The notes under the pieces were generated by a model. It was not told the DNA's origin, ran no database searches, and worked only from the letters and a program-made list of their open reading frames with translations. Source: Methanotrichaceae archaeon (GTDB lineage: Archaea; Halobacteriota; Methanosarcinia; Methanotrichales; Methanotrichaceae). Taken from it: a stretch of DNA of 59,609 nt. A program made the position numbers and the translations under genes. This document shows positions 30,081-41,042 of this stretch, in pieces. The stretch is from assembly GCA_963754945.1 (NCBI GenBank), contig CAVWIG010000042.1, positions 1 to 59,609 on the forward strand. Reading direction: 5' to 3'. The number at the start of each line of letters is the position of its first letter. Within the stretch, counting starts at the first letter, position 1.

Positions 30081-30998
30081 AGTTAAGGATCTAACCTATA
30101 TAACTGAGCAGTTTCCGCCTACAACTATCGGGTGGATGACAAGCTGCAAGGCATCTCGATAGATCTGCTCGAAAAGGCTTGGGAGAAAATGGGCCTAAAT
30201 CTGAGCAGTAACGTCATCAAGCTTCTACCCTGGACAGAGGGTTATCAAAGGACGCTGGATGAAAAGAATACGGTTCTCTTTTCGACCGCTCGTCTGCCGC
30301 AAAGAGAGCAGCTCTTCAAATGGGCAGGACCAATTGGGCCTATAAGGAATGTGCTATTGGCAAGAAAGGATAAGAATATTAGCATTGCAACCACAGAAGA
30401 CTTGAAAAAATTCAGGATAGGGGCCATCAATGAGGATAGCGCTGTGCAAATGCTTCTGGATAAAGGTGTGAGAAGGAGGATCTGATGCTTGAGAATAAGT
30501 CTAAGCCGATTATAGAGATGCTGCAGAATGGGAGCATTGATGCCTGGGCGTATGGCGATGCAGCTGGCATTTGGCTGATTCAGGAGTCAGGAGCAAACGC
30601 TAGCGATTACGAAATAGCTTTCGTACTTGGGCAGACCGATTATTACTATGCCTTCAACAAAGAAACTCCAGATTATATAGTGCAGTCGTTTCAGCAAGCC
30701 ATAGATTACGTAAAGAGCAACAAAGACTTTGCCTATGACTACGAAGGACGTACCTTAGCCCTTCCTTACCAGCCCAAACTGGTAGATACAAACCGTATTG
30801 ATGCCCAAGATCCCAACGGGGTCAAGTTCATCCAGCAAGCTATCGATACGGCCAGGATGGGTAATGGTTTCATCTATTACATCTATCCCGATTCATCCAG
30901 AAACATGACTCAAGCGCTGAAGCAGTTACGTGAACGTCGATGATACCTGGTTCCTGGGCTCTGGGATCTACGCTAAGGGTGAGAAGCAGACAGATTAA
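30081..30998 (+). pseudogene. Amino-acid-binding (SBP family 3) plus single-Cache domain protein, fragmented
   Basis: TEQFPP, LQGISIDLL, LPW..GY, FKWAGPI; FAYDYEGRTLALPYQP, DPNGVKFI, GFIYYIYP; frameshifts and an internal deletion. Confidence 0.8.
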
Positions 30999-31059
30999 TT
31001 TCAGTTCTTTGAAAGGTGAGGCATATAGGATGATCTTATAAAGTATGGAGTGAAGACAA

Positions 31060-31956
31060 ATGAATACAAAGAAAAATCCAAAAGGGAGCGTATTCGGCTT
31101 TGCATCGATGGCGATTGTAGTCACTCTGTTTTTTTGTGCCATCGCTGCTTCAGGCCAGAATGTATCAAACGGCAATTTATCTGCCGCAGAATCCGAGGCC
31201 GATATGCTCTTTACGTTACTCCAGATTCAGGCTAATGTGCAGGGTAACCTGAATGATTTGGATTCAGATGTGGCAAATGCCGCTCAAAATCTCTCAACAA
31301 CGGGGTTGGAAGGAACTGCTGCCCGTGGAGTTCTGCGCAAGCTGTTAGAGACTAACTCAAACCTGGTCGAAGCAGTTACTTTCAGTAAGGATGGGACGAT
31401 TATTGTAGCCGAATGCAAAGGATGCAAGGGCGGCGAAGGGGCTGATATAAGCAGCCAGGAGCATATTGCTCATGTCTTGAAGACAAAGACTCCTACGTTC
31501 AGCAAACAGTTCCTGTTGGTAGAAGGATACAACGGCACGGCCCTGGCATATCCGGTATTCTCACCACAAGGTGAGTTCCTGGGAGGCATCAGTACAATCA
31601 TTGAACCTGATAAGTTGCTGAATGCCGTGGTAGCTCCCCAACTCCACTTTGATATCTCTAATAGAAGCAACATTACAGACTACAGCTTCTGGTTAATGCA
31701 CTTAGATGGCCTAGTTGCCTACGATCGGGATGCAAGCCAGATAGGGAAGTACCTATTCGAAGACCCGCTTTACAAGCCTTACCCTAGTCTTCTGGACTTG
31801 GGACATAGGATTGTGGCCGAGAGGTCGGGCCATGGGTACTATAGCTTCCAAGTCACTGAAGGCAATAAAAGGGTAGTGACCAAGGAGAGCTACTGGACAA
31901 CGTCTGGACTTCATGGTAGGGAATGGAGGCTTGTCGTAACCAAGATAATGCAGTGA
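31060..31956 (+). CDS. Secreted stand-alone dCache-domain protein
   Basis: Signal peptide; GADISSQEH, FLLVEGY, AYPVFSPQGEFLG, DGLVAYD, GHGYYSF, WRLVV. Confidence 0.8.
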   Translation: MNTKKNPKGSVFGFASMAIVVTLFFCAIAASGQNVSNGNLSAAESEADMLFTLLQIQANVQGNLNDLDSDVANAAQNLSTTGLEGTAARGVLRKLLETNSNLVEAVTFSKDGTIIVAECKGCKGGEGADISSQEHIAHVLKTKTPTFSKQFLLVEGYNGTALAYPVFSPQGEFLGGISTIIEPDKLLNAVVAPQLHFDISNRSNITDYSFWLMHLDGLVAYDRDASQIGKYLFEDPLYKPYPSLLDLGHRIVAERSGHGYYSFQVTEGNKRVVTKESYWTTSGLHGREWRLVVTKIMQ

Positions 31957-32538
31957 GGGACTTTCTGTACTATTTTTTCATAATCGAGGATTTTAGAGCA
32001 GAAAATGGCATCGGATATCATTCAGTGTCTATTGATACTATAAGGAGCACTAGCACAGGAGACAGATGCCCTTAATTTACGTTCGGAGATGAGATTTAAA
32101 TGCGTGTGGATTCTAACTTCTACAAAATATAGCAAACAAAAAAATATTGCTACTACTACGATCCGTTTCAAGCTCTCATCGCATTTCGAGAGTTCTTCGG
32201 CTATGGCTTCACGCAAAGATCAAAGCCTTGAGTGGTTTTATAGCTCATATTCATCTCAGCAGAAGCTTTTCTGGCAGAAACGGATAGCTCAAAGAGCTGA
32301 TCAATATAAGCCATCTGGAGGAAGATATCTTGATCTCGGAGAATTTTGTAGATTTCAAAGGATTAAAATCCATGCCGCAGATCTTCCATCACAGTCTCTG
32401 TCTCGTCATAAAGTAGTAAACTTGCTACTTACAATTCGGTCACGATAGATCTTTTATTTTATTTTCCCATGAAAATGTCACGTGCGATATCGATTTTCAT
32501 TCTCCATGTATGAGTCACCGAATCATGTGGGTTTAAAA

Positions 32539-32680
32539 CGTAATACCCTGTAGCTTGCTGTGGCTGGGATAAAGGGCATATAAGTCCAACTTAAGGATGC
32601 TTCAGCTTCGTAGAGCATTTTTATGCGTCGGCGGGAACATGCCCCGCTGTTGCAGCGGGTCCGCCGACGCAACGTTTGAC
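32539..32680. repeat. ~140-bp palindromic element (IS200/IS605-derived PATE-like), copy 1
   Basis: CGTAATACCC...GCTG / ATGCGTCGGCGG..ATGCCCCG..GCGGG..CGCCGACGC..GTTTGAC; similar to 41043-41185. Confidence 0.7.
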
Positions 32681-32937
32681 TTATTATTTTGAAATAGCCT
32701 GGCTCTGTTGAGGAGTATGACGGCTGCAGTTTGGCTTGGATTAACTCTGCAACGCAGGAATATTTGAAATGATAAATCTTCTTTCCTTCGACATGATGAA
32801 CCTATTGATCCATTGTGGTGCTAACTGGTATTAGCATACTTATGAATCTATTTTAGATTATTAAATTAATTATGTTTTCCCTCTATCTAGCATTATCTAT
32901 ATAAGGAGAGGCTTTATTATCTGATTGAGGTGATCAT

Positions 32938-33579
32938 TTGAAAAAGATGGTCTTGTTAATAGCTGCAGTATGTTTTGCAGCACTATGCTTCAATGGATTG
33001 GGTGCCTCGACACCAGCGACGGCTACAAAAGCTCCGTCAAACGCTTCGGCACTAACGAAAACAACATCCACAGCAAATCTCTTGATTGAGGACAGTGGAA
33101 CAAATCTCTCAATAATCAATGCTACCTTCACATCCCCTGGAGTCTTTGGAATAGCGCAAGCTGTTAAGTTTACGCCTCCAAAGCCCGGTTGGAAACTGGA
33201 AGAAGTCGCGATGGTTGGCACGGATGGATGGAATTCCTCTAACAAGGCATACCCTGTTCAGGGCATCTTCGGCCTTGAAATTCGTGATGCAAATTTGAAG
33301 TTGCTATACCAGTATGCTGATACACAACTGGAGTATTTCACTTCGCCAACAGGATACAGAGCAGCAAAGATAGAAGTTCCCGCTATACCAATGAACGGTG
33401 ATTTCTATATATGCTTCTACGGCCGTGACATAGTGAGAACTCTCACAGAGCTCCAGAACGCTACTGGAAACTCCTATTACTATCTAAGGGATACTGGACA
33501 GCTCCTCAAGGGAGGAATTAATCTTAAGAACAACACCACCTTGCCGGTGAACTGGATCATAAGGGCTGTTGGAGAGTAA
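32938..33579 (+). CDS. Secreted hypothetical protein
   Basis: Signal peptide, Thr/Ala linker, beta-rich domain ending NWIIRAVG. Confidence 0.75.
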   Translation: MKKMVLLIAAVCFAALCFNGLGASTPATATKAPSNASALTKTTSTANLLIEDSGTNLSIINATFTSPGVFGIAQAVKFTPPKPGWKLEEVAMVGTDGWNSSNKAYPVQGIFGLEIRDANLKLLYQYADTQLEYFTSPTGYRAAKIEVPAIPMNGDFYICFYGRDIVRTLTELQNATGNSYYYLRDTGQLLKGGINLKNNTTLPVNWIIRAVGE

Positions 33580-33618
33580 ACATCGCTATAAATCGAGGTT
33601 GGCGAAAAGATGTTATAG

Positions 33619-34299
33619 GTGTACGCCAACCTCTTTCTAATGTTTAGCTCCGGTATCATCTGCATTGGAGGCCTTCCAGGCGTTGGAAGCGTGGGCAAGA
33701 TAGCCGCTGACTATTTGGTAACCTCCCTCGAATGCAGCACTTTTAAGGCGTTTTATTCCAATGGATTCCCTGCTCAAGTTATGGTCAACGATGGCCTGGC
33801 AGAATTGTTTCGGGCTGAACTGAAGGTGCCCAAGGGCAGAGGCGACATGTACATCCTCTCCGGAGATGCACAGCCTTTAGAGATTAAGGAGATGTACTCC
33901 TTGGCAGGGGACATACTGGAAGCTGCCAAATCCCTAAAAGTGACGGACATGATAACGCTTGCAGCTTATGTAGGCGACTCGAAGGAAAATGTAGTGGGAG
34001 CCGCCAGTGACCCTGCTCTGGTCCAAGAGCTCGAGAAGAATCACATTCCTATACTGCGCAGTGGTGCCATTGGCGGCATCAACGGTCTGCTGGCCGGTAT
34101 GTCACCTCTTTACGGCATACGAGGCTATTGCATCCTGGGAACCACTTCCGGAGAGGAGCTTGTAGACCTTAAGGCATCCAAGAATCTTCTAGGAGCAACA
34201 TGTAGCTTGCTAGGCCTGGACATATCGCTCGATGGTCTGAGAACCGAAGAACCCGAGGATGTCTCCTGCTATCAGGACACCGACATGTACTATCGCTGA
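33619..34299 (+). CDS. PAC2-family protein
   Basis: GGLPGVGSVGKIAADYL, GDAQP, GGINGLL; C-terminal MYYR. Confidence 0.88.
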   Translation: MYANLFLMFSSGIICIGGLPGVGSVGKIAADYLVTSLECSTFKAFYSNGFPAQVMVNDGLAELFRAELKVPKGRGDMYILSGDAQPLEIKEMYSLAGDILEAAKSLKVTDMITLAAYVGDSKENVVGAASDPALVQELEKNHIPILRSGAIGGINGLLAGMSPLYGIRGYCILGTTSGEELVDLKASKNLLGATCSLLGLDISLDGLRTEEPEDVSCYQDTDMYYR

Positions 34300-34348
34300 T
34301 CGTTGCTAATGCACTTCTTTCAGCATTTTCCCTTGTCGTTTGAACTCA

Positions 34349-35215
34349 TCAAACGGTCTTTGCCACCAGGGTTCCCTTTGGTACGCCCAGTGCCCTGGCA
34401 ACTGGTTCGCACTTGGCCCTAAGGATATAGATAAGCCTGCCTCTGAGCTGCGCATCGAACTCCGATAATGTCTCGAAGTTGCCCATCCCTTTGGATATCA
34501 CCAGCCAATCTTTGCTGGATAACAGGGAAAGCGCTTCCTGGCTGATATTTTCCATAGTCGTGCCAACCACAGGCCCAGTGGTGATAACCTCGTTATCGGT
34601 CATGGAGCATAGCTCCTCCGCCGTAACATCGTTTAGTACCGGCTCCGACTTGGATGCCATTACCACTCTCTTCCCCATATCTTTCAACTTTTCGATCACA
34701 AAGAGGTCGAAGATCACCTCTCCGGCGTTGTCGGTCAGGTAAAGAACATTATCAAAGGATGAAAGTCGGCTCTTTACTTCACCTAGGTCTCCGTGGAGGT
34801 TCTCGGCAAGCGTATCTCCGAAGACCTGGCCAAAGGTGGAGTTGTCAAAGTCGTGCCCTTTAACCCCGAACTCCATGGAGTTGGCTGCAGCAGCGATCCT
34901 CACGAGGGCCTCCAGCTTGTTCTCCGAATCTTTGTAGAACTGCCTGGCCACGGGCAGAAGGCTCCTGGCTAACTTGTTCTCTTCAGACTTGAGCTGACAG
35001 TACGGGTCGGGATTGTCGCTGCGTCGCTTTATGATCACCTCGCGCTCTGTCCCTACCAACGCAGGCACTCCTCCTTTATGGCAGGCCATGAAGTCCAGCA
35101 ACTCTTCTACTGCCTTCGTTTTTTCACCTTCCGTTTTGAAGACCAGATCACACTCGAAATTGGCCCGGTCAAGGATACAAGAATAGCAAGTGCATGCCAT
35201 CCTCAAGACGGCCAC
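34349..35215 (-). CDS. ARMT1-like/DUF89 damage-control phosphatase
   Basis: CxxC, DPY..K, TDNAGE..FD, ND, KGMGNFE, RAKC motifs. Confidence 0.92.
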   Translation of the reverse strand: MAVLRMACTCYSCILDRANFECDLVFKTEGEKTKAVEELLDFMACHKGGVPALVGTEREVIIKRRSDNPDPYCQLKSEENKLARSLLPVARQFYKDSENKLEALVRIAAAANSMEFGVKGHDFDNSTFGQVFGDTLAENLHGDLGEVKSRLSSFDNVLYLTDNAGEVIFDLFVIEKLKDMGKRVVMASKSEPVLNDVTAEELCSMTDNEVITTGPVVGTTMENISQEALSLLSSKDWLVISKGMGNFETLSEFDAQLRGRLIYILRAKCEPVARALGVPKGTLVAKTV

Positions 35216-36048
35216 CTTCCAGCTAGGACCCTTACAACGTCAGGTATGACCTGCTTTGCAACATGGGCGCATGAACCACCACTGAGGACATAGACCAACC
35301 CCCTATTCCCCACAGTCCGCTTTATCATCTGCGTCATTCTGGGATAGGCATCGAAGGTCAGGTTGAAACCGCCGTAGTCGTCCTGGTGGGAGTCGTGGCC
35401 GAAGATCACTAAGGCGATCTGAAAATCGAAGTCCTTCGCCAGCTCAAGAGAGCTCTTGAGGGCGCTGAGGAATTGCTCGTTGCTGGCTCCAAAGCCCAAA
35501 CCTATGTCGTAGTTGTTCTTTGCAGGATCGTGCTTTTCTCCTGTGCCTGAATGAAAGTTAATGTGGAACACGTCGGGATCCTCTCCGAAAAAGTCTCGTG
35601 TGCCGTCGCCGAAGTGCGGATCAACATCAACGATCAGGAACCTCTCGAGGCCAATCTCTCTCAGCCGTAGAATTGTTATGGCTACATCGTTGAAGTAGCA
35701 AAACCCCCAAGCGCTACCACGTGAGGCGTGGTGGCCAGCAGTTCCGGTATAAGCGAAGGCTGATTCTGCTTGGCCGGTGGCTACAAGCTCCGTGGCCATC
35801 AAGACGCTTCCTGCTGACAGAATTGCCACGTCCCTGTAAGGGTCTGTTTCCATGCTCTCCATGTGAGAGGAAGTGTGTGCCATTCTGACCAATTCGATAG
35901 GCGCAGGACAGGGCTTGAGTACCTGTACATCAACGCCGTCTACGACCCCCGACTCCATGAGCGCCTCAAAGGACGGCCTTATCCTCTCCTTGAGAACGCT
36001 GAAACCGCCTCTTCCGAAGTCCTCGTGATAGGTTATCGCTACTTTCAT
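35203..36048 (-). CDS. Histone deacetylase family protein
   Basis: GHHA, GFCYFND, DVDPHFGDGT, GHDSHQDD motifs. Confidence 0.92.
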   Translation of the reverse strand: MKVAITYHEDFGRGGFSVLKERIRPSFEALMESGVVDGVDVQVLKPCPAPIELVRMAHTSSHMESMETDPYRDVAILSAGSVLMATELVATGQAESAFAYTGTAGHHASRGSAWGFCYFNDVAITILRLREIGLERFLIVDVDPHFGDGTRDFFGEDPDVFHINFHSGTGEKHDPAKNNYDIGLGFGASNEQFLSALKSSLELAKDFDFQIALVIFGHDSHQDDYGGFNLTFDAYPRMTQMIKRTVGNRGLVYVLSGGSCAHVAKQVIPDVVRVLAGRWPS

Positions 36049-36101
36049 GCTTTTTCCTTTGCGTGTTAGAATTCGTTAAATTTCTTTTTGTATTAATTCG
36101 T

Positions 36102-37619
36102 TTAAATCTCAGTTATCCTGGGATACCGCTCAAGGAGCATCCCCTCAACTACTATTGGCATCATCCTCTTGGCATCCTTGACAGCAGCATTGAGATCCCA
36201 TTCAGAACTGGAGCAGATGGTCAGCAGCGGCTCATCTTTCTTGACCTGTTGTCCCATCTTCTTGTGGATGATAACTCCTGCCTTCTTGTCCGCCGGAGCA
36301 CCGGCAAGCCTTGCCACTTCGATAATCCTCTTGTTGAAGAAAGCCACTATGTAGCCACTGATCGGCGAGAGCACATCCTCCTTGTTTTCCCCAATCTGGA
36401 TATCCTCGCTCTTAACTTTCGGGTCGCCTCCCTGGGCCTCAATGATCTCCAGCATCTTTTTATGAGCTCTTCCGCTGACGAGGATCTCTTCTGCAATCCT
36501 TGGGCCATCACCCTTACCAGCAACTCCTCCCATCTCCAGCAGTATTCCGGCCAGGGCCATGCTCTTCTCTTTGAGGCTGTTGGGCCCACCTTTTCCTTCC
36601 AGGAGGGCAAGGGCCTCTCTTACCTCAAGAGCAGGACCTATTGTTCTTCCCACCGGAGATCCTCCAAAGGTCATGGCGCACTCCATCCTTATTCCAAGCC
36701 GCTCTCCGAGGTCTATGAGGTCCTTTGCCAGAGATCTGCCAGCTTCAGAGGTAGCAAGTTTAGTGCCTGGTCCCACAGGCATGTCCACTACAACAGCGTC
36801 AGCGCCGACTGCCCCTTTCTTGGCCATGATAGATGCCAACATCTGGCTGTAGGGGTCGATGGACAAAGCGTACTCTGCCTTGATCAGCTTGTCATCCGCC
36901 GGCGCAATGTTGGTGGCACCTCCCCAGGCTATGATACCACCTACGCTCTCAGTTATCTCCTTGATCTCGTCCGCGCTGAACTCAACGGGGGCAAGGATCT
37001 CCATCAGGTCTGCCGTGCCTCCGGCTCCTGTGATGGCTCTAGAGCTTGTCTTGGGGATGAGGAGCCCAGCTGCAGCGACCACGGGAACAATCACCAAAGA
37101 TACTTTGTTGCCTGGAACCCCACCGATGCTGTGCTTGTCTACGACCGGGTGGGTATCGAAGCGTATTCTATCGCCGGTGTCGATCATCGCCCTTGTGAGC
37201 CACTCGGTCTCCTGGGAGTCCATGTTGTGGATGTATGAGGCGGTGATGTAAGCAGAAAGCTCGACATCGCTCAGGTGGTTATCAACTATGTCTCTGACGA
37301 TGGCTTTTATCTGGTCTTCGTTGAGCTTCTGCTTGTCCATCATCATCTTGATGTAGCAGAGAGAGGCGGGCTTTGGTGCCGGCAAGACATCCACCATCTT
37401 TGCTTCCTTCAGCTCCCTCATGGCCTCGGTGAAAATACCGATCTGTCCTTGCTTTATCATCTGGGTGGTAGTGTCCAGGATGGCAGTAACGGCGGCTCCT
37501 TTTGCTCTCACTCGGACCCTGTCGCCCGGGTTCAGACCCATCGTTCTTGCATCTGCCAGGTTGAGCATCACCTTGTACTGTCCAATCTCTATGTCAAAGG
37601 GATAGACTTCCAACATCAA
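36102..37619 (-). CDS. deoA: AMP phosphorylase
   Basis: DKHSIGGVPGNK, KTSSRAIT, GTAD and the archaeal N-terminal extension. Confidence 0.95.
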   Translation of the reverse strand: MMLEVYPFDIEIGQYKVMLNLADARTMGLNPGDRVRVRAKGAAVTAILDTTTQMIKQGQIGIFTEAMRELKEAKMVDVLPAPKPASLCYIKMMMDKQKLNEDQIKAIVRDIVDNHLSDVELSAYITASYIHNMDSQETEWLTRAMIDTGDRIRFDTHPVVDKHSIGGVPGNKVSLVIVPVVAAAGLLIPKTSSRAITGAGGTADLMEILAPVEFSADEIKEITESVGGIIAWGGATNIAPADDKLIKAEYALSIDPYSQMLASIMAKKGAVGADAVVVDMPVGPGTKLATSEAGRSLAKDLIDLGERLGIRMECAMTFGGSPVGRTIGPALEVREALALLEGKGGPNSLKEKSMALAGILLEMGGVAGKGDGPRIAEEILVSGRAHKKMLEIIEAQGGDPKVKSEDIQIGENKEDVLSPISGYIVAFFNKRIIEVARLAGAPADKKAGVIIHKKMGQQVKKDEPLLTICSSSEWDLNAAVKDAKRMMPIVVEGMLLERYPRITEI

Positions 37620-37657
37620 AAGACCTCTTCTGTTTGAGAATGAATTTTGTGGCTATT

Positions 37658-38581
37658 TTAACTTCCGGCTTCCAGGAGAGTTAGAGACCTTATCCATTCG
37701 CCTTTGGCTTCCCTGGTGGTTCCCACCACCAACCTCTGCCCGTTAGGGGTTTTCTCAACCACTCCATTGGCCTCTACCGTTTCGCCGGGAAGTGCCTGTC
37801 CAGCATAGGTGTGAGAGTAGCAGAATATCTCGCCTACCTCATGATTGAGCTTGAATATGGCCGGGCTGTCAAAGGAGAACTCGGCATCCAGGACCTCTGC
37901 CACGATTTTGCGCCTGCCTATAACCTGTCCAGGCAGTCTTGGACTGATCTGAGACCAATCGCGGGCAAAGAGGAGATCAAAATAGGTGCCTCCAATCATA
38001 CCTCGATTACCTTTCCGCATCTCGTGAAGTACGAACTCATCGAAGCCTATCTCGGGTTTCCGCTTGGAATATATCCGCCTCCACATGGTTTCGTCCAGTT
38101 CTTGGATGCTGCCCTCTGCTTTTGCCTTTGCCAGGACTGTTCTGGCCTTCCACCAGGACTTTCCGTAGGCTACAAGATCGATGTCCGAAGACGGACCCTG
38201 CAGACCAATGAGCATGGACCCGGTGATGCCCACGCACTCTTCTGGCACTCCGCCCTCTGCAAGCAGGGTCGATATTCTCTTCAACCTGGAATCCGCCTTC
38301 GCGACGCGCTGCAGCTCGTCGGCCGGACTGTAAATCCTGATAACATCCTTTTCGGGAACAACGTGCAGGTCGCGAACATAATCAGGGCGCTCTCTCTTGA
38401 GGAAAGCAAAGGCTTCATCGAAGTCCAGTTTTCTGTACTTTATCCCACGAGCTTCGCGACTGCCCTCCGGATCAGGCACATACCTGAGAAGACATCGAAA
38501 GCCATCCTGATGGGCGTAATCGGCTACGGCGAATATCCAGCCGTCCACGGTCTCTATGAAGTCTCTAATTCTGGTCTTCAA
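37658..38581 (-). CDS. Archaeal nucleotidyltransferase domain protein
   Basis: GITGS...SDIDL motif; LRYVPD. Confidence 0.85.
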   Translation of the reverse strand: MKTRIRDFIETVDGWIFAVADYAHQDGFRCLLRYVPDPEGSREARGIKYRKLDFDEAFAFLKRERPDYVRDLHVVPEKDVIRIYSPADELQRVAKADSRLKRISTLLAEGGVPEECVGITGSMLIGLQGPSSDIDLVAYGKSWWKARTVLAKAKAEGSIQELDETMWRRIYSKRKPEIGFDEFVLHEMRKGNRGMIGGTYFDLLFARDWSQISPRLPGQVIGRRKIVAEVLDAEFSFDSPAIFKLNHEVGEIFCYSHTYAGQALPGETVEANGVVEKTPNGQRLVVGTTREAKGEWIRSLTLLEAGS

Positions 38582-39165
38582 GAGATCGCCCTTTTCACCT
38601 TTTCAAGCTCTGCTCCAGGACGGACTATCTTCCTGTTTGTAAGATCCAGCAGGGTGGATGGCTGGCCGAACTTGCATTTTCCTCCGTCCAAAACCATCTC
38701 CACTCTATCTGCTATCTCCGGGGAGACCTCTTCTGCGCATGCAGGAGACGGCGAGCCGGTCCGGTTGGCGCTTGTAGAGGTTATGGGGCCGGCGGCATCT
38801 ATAATCCTCAGGGCAACCTCGTGATCGGGGAACCTTATTCCCACCAGAGGTGCGCCTGCAGTCAGCACATCCGGGACAACGCTCTTTCTCCTCACTAGAA
38901 CCGACACCGGCCCCGGCATGAGTCGCTCCAGAATTTCTCGGTCGCCTTCGTTGAGTTCAGCAACCCTATCCAGCATCTCTAGGCTTGAAACTGCAAGGAA
39001 GATGGGCATGGACATGGGCCTTTTCTTAATCTGGAAAACCCTCAGGATAGCTTGTTCGTCCAGCGCGCTAGCCCCTATGCCGTAGACGGTCTCTGTCGGA
39101 TATACTATTACTCCGCCACTGATTATCGTCTTTGAAGCTTCTCGGATCGATTCGGATCTCTTCAT
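38578..39165 (-). CDS. tsaC: Threonylcarbamoyl-AMP synthase (Sua5/TsaC)
   Basis: YPTETVYG, KKR, TSTSAN, PST motifs. Confidence 0.94.
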   Translation of the reverse strand: MKRSESIREASKTIISGGVIVYPTETVYGIGASALDEQAILRVFQIKKRPMSMPIFLAVSSLEMLDRVAELNEGDREILERLMPGPVSVLVRRKSVVPDVLTAGAPLVGIRFPDHEVALRIIDAAGPITSTSANRTGSPSPACAEEVSPEIADRVEMVLDGGKCKFGQPSTLLDLTNRKIVRPGAELEKVKRAIS

Positions 39166-39650
39166 TTTCGTTTGATATCCGCGATGTCTCCAAGAGTTAG
39201 CCCTTTGGCTCCTCCGCGGTACTTCACCTTTTCCTCTGTTGCCTGATCTGTAAGCTTGATGTTCAGCTCTTTCTCAAGTTTTTTTCTGACCCTGTCCTCT
39301 GGGATCAGTTCCTGTCGTTCTATCTTCTTGATTAGGGTAGCCTTCTCTTTAATTGTGGATGCCAGCTCGTCTGGAGTGAGGCCCAGCCCCTCCCTAGCCT
39401 CCCTTATCACCCGTCCATATTCGGGGACGATCTCTACCAAGTCCTTGAACTGGTCGCGACTTTGAGGCCTTCTCGCAGTAAACGCGCGCTCGATCGGAAC
39501 GACCTTTCTTGGTACGGGCGTCCATTTATCCTCAGCTTTTCCAAATCGTGCACAGCTCTTGCACACATCCAGCGTTGAGCGATCGATCACTATCCTGTTT
39601 GGAGTTCCTGGTATCTCAGCGCCACATATCTCGCATTGCATCTCGCTCAT
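39162..39650 (-). CDS. Archaeal multiprotein bridging factor aMBF1
   Basis: CEICG..VCKSC zinc ribbon, HTH, C-terminal TLGD. Confidence 0.94.
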   Translation of the reverse strand: MSEMQCEICGAEIPGTPNRIVIDRSTLDVCKSCARFGKAEDKWTPVPRKVVPIERAFTARRPQSRDQFKDLVEIVPEYGRVIREAREGLGLTPDELASTIKEKATLIKKIERQELIPEDRVRKKLEKELNIKLTDQATEEKVKYRGGAKGLTLGDIADIKRK

Positions 39651-39694
39651 CTCGGAAACATTTATAGGGATCAGAGTTTAATAAGCTTTTAGTT

Positions 39695-40924
39695 ATGGAT
39701 AGCGGAGATGGGATGAACGAGTCACAGGCCGGCGCGGATTTCTCGCGTTACATCCTGGACCGCATGCGCCAGCTCGAAGAACGAAATCTGGCGCTGCGTG
39801 AGCAGAAGGACCGCGTTGAAGGAGAGAAGCGGCTCATCGAGAATCAAAAGCTCAAGTTCGAACGAGAGGCAAGAAAACTCAGAAGCGAGCTGGAGCGCCT
39901 GCGTGTAGGTCCGATGATAGTAGGTACAGTTGTGGATGTGCTGGATGAGAGCAGGGTAATGGTCAAGAGCAGCACAGGTCCCAGGTTTGTCGTCAACTTA
40001 TCTCAGTTCATCGAGGAAGAGCTCAAGCCAGGAACGCAAGTGGGATTGAACCAACAGTCTTTTGCTGTAATGTGTGTTCTGCCATCGCCACGAGATCCAG
40101 CGGTCTTTGGCATGGAAGTCGAGGAAGCTCCTGATGTTGCCTTCTCCCAGATCGGAGGGCTTGACAGCCAGATATCCGAGATAAGGGAGATAGTGGAACT
40201 GCCGTTGAAACGACCAGATCTGTTCGTCCATGTGGGCATTGAGCCTCCCAAGGGAGTTATGCTCTACGGTCCACCGGGCACGGGAAAGACCATCCTGGCC
40301 AAGGCGGTTGCGAACAGCACCGACGCGACGTTTCTGCGGGTCGTGGGCTCGGAGTTTGTGCAGAAGTACATAGGCGAAGGTGCCCGATTGGTTCGCGAGC
40401 TGTTCGAGATGGCCAAGAATAAGGCCCCTGCGATAATTTTCATAGATGAGCTTGATGCAATCGGCGCGAGAAGGCTGGATGGTGCCACCAGCGGAGATCG
40501 GGAAGTTCAGAGGACTCTGATGCAGCTCCTGGCTGAGATGGACGGGTTTGATCCCAGAGGAGAAGTCAAGCTAATCGCGGCTACCAACCGCCTGGACATG
40601 CTCGATCCGGCACTGCTCAGGCCAGGGCGGTTTGACAGAGTCATCGAGATACCCATGCCCAATAAAGACGCAATCGAGTCTATACTCAAGATACACACAC
40701 AGGGCATGAGCCTCGACGAAGAAGTGAACCTAAGAAAGGTCGCAGATCTAGTAGAGGAAGCCAGCGGTGCGGATCTCAGGGCGCTGGCAACCGAGGCCGG
40801 AATGTACGCCATCAGAGAAGAGAGAACCACCATCTACCAAACAGACTTCGAGAACGCCGCTGCCAAGATCCTGCGAAAGGATAAAATAAACGAACCAGCC
40901 GACCTGGTTCAGCAGTACATCTGA
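39695..40924 (+). CDS. pan: Proteasome-activating nucleotidase
   Basis: Coiled coil, OB fold, [27 protein letters not shown]; C-terminal QYI. Confidence 0.97.
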   Translation: MDSGDGMNESQAGADFSRYILDRMRQLEERNLALREQKDRVEGEKRLIENQKLKFEREARKLRSELERLRVGPMIVGTVVDVLDESRVMVKSSTGPRFVVNLSQFIEEELKPGTQVGLNQQSFAVMCVLPSPRDPAVFGMEVEEAPDVAFSQIGGLDSQISEIREIVELPLKRPDLFVHVGIEPPKGVMLYGPPGTGKTILAKAVANSTDATFLRVVGSEFVQKYIGEGARLVRELFEMAKNKAPAIIFIDELDAIGARRLDGATSGDREVQRTLMQLLAEMDGFDPRGEVKLIAATNRLDMLDPALLRPGRFDRVIEIPMPNKDAIESILKIHTQGMSLDEEVNLRKVADLVEEASGADLRALATEAGMYAIREERTTIYQTDFENAAAKILRKDKINEPADLVQQYI

Positions 40925-41042
40925 ATTGCCAAATACGACTGGGTCCGAACTTGCGAGTTCTGGACCCGAAGGCTTTTACAAGACTATTTTTCCGGCATAC
41001 CACAAAAACCAGCGAAACAAAGAATCCCGAATATTATTTTAT

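Noticed and set aside
36063-38824. Long plus-strand ORFs (391 aa and 337 aa)
   Set aside because: Antisense shadows of the well-supported AMP phosphorylase, nucleotidyltransferase and Sua5 genes; no motifs
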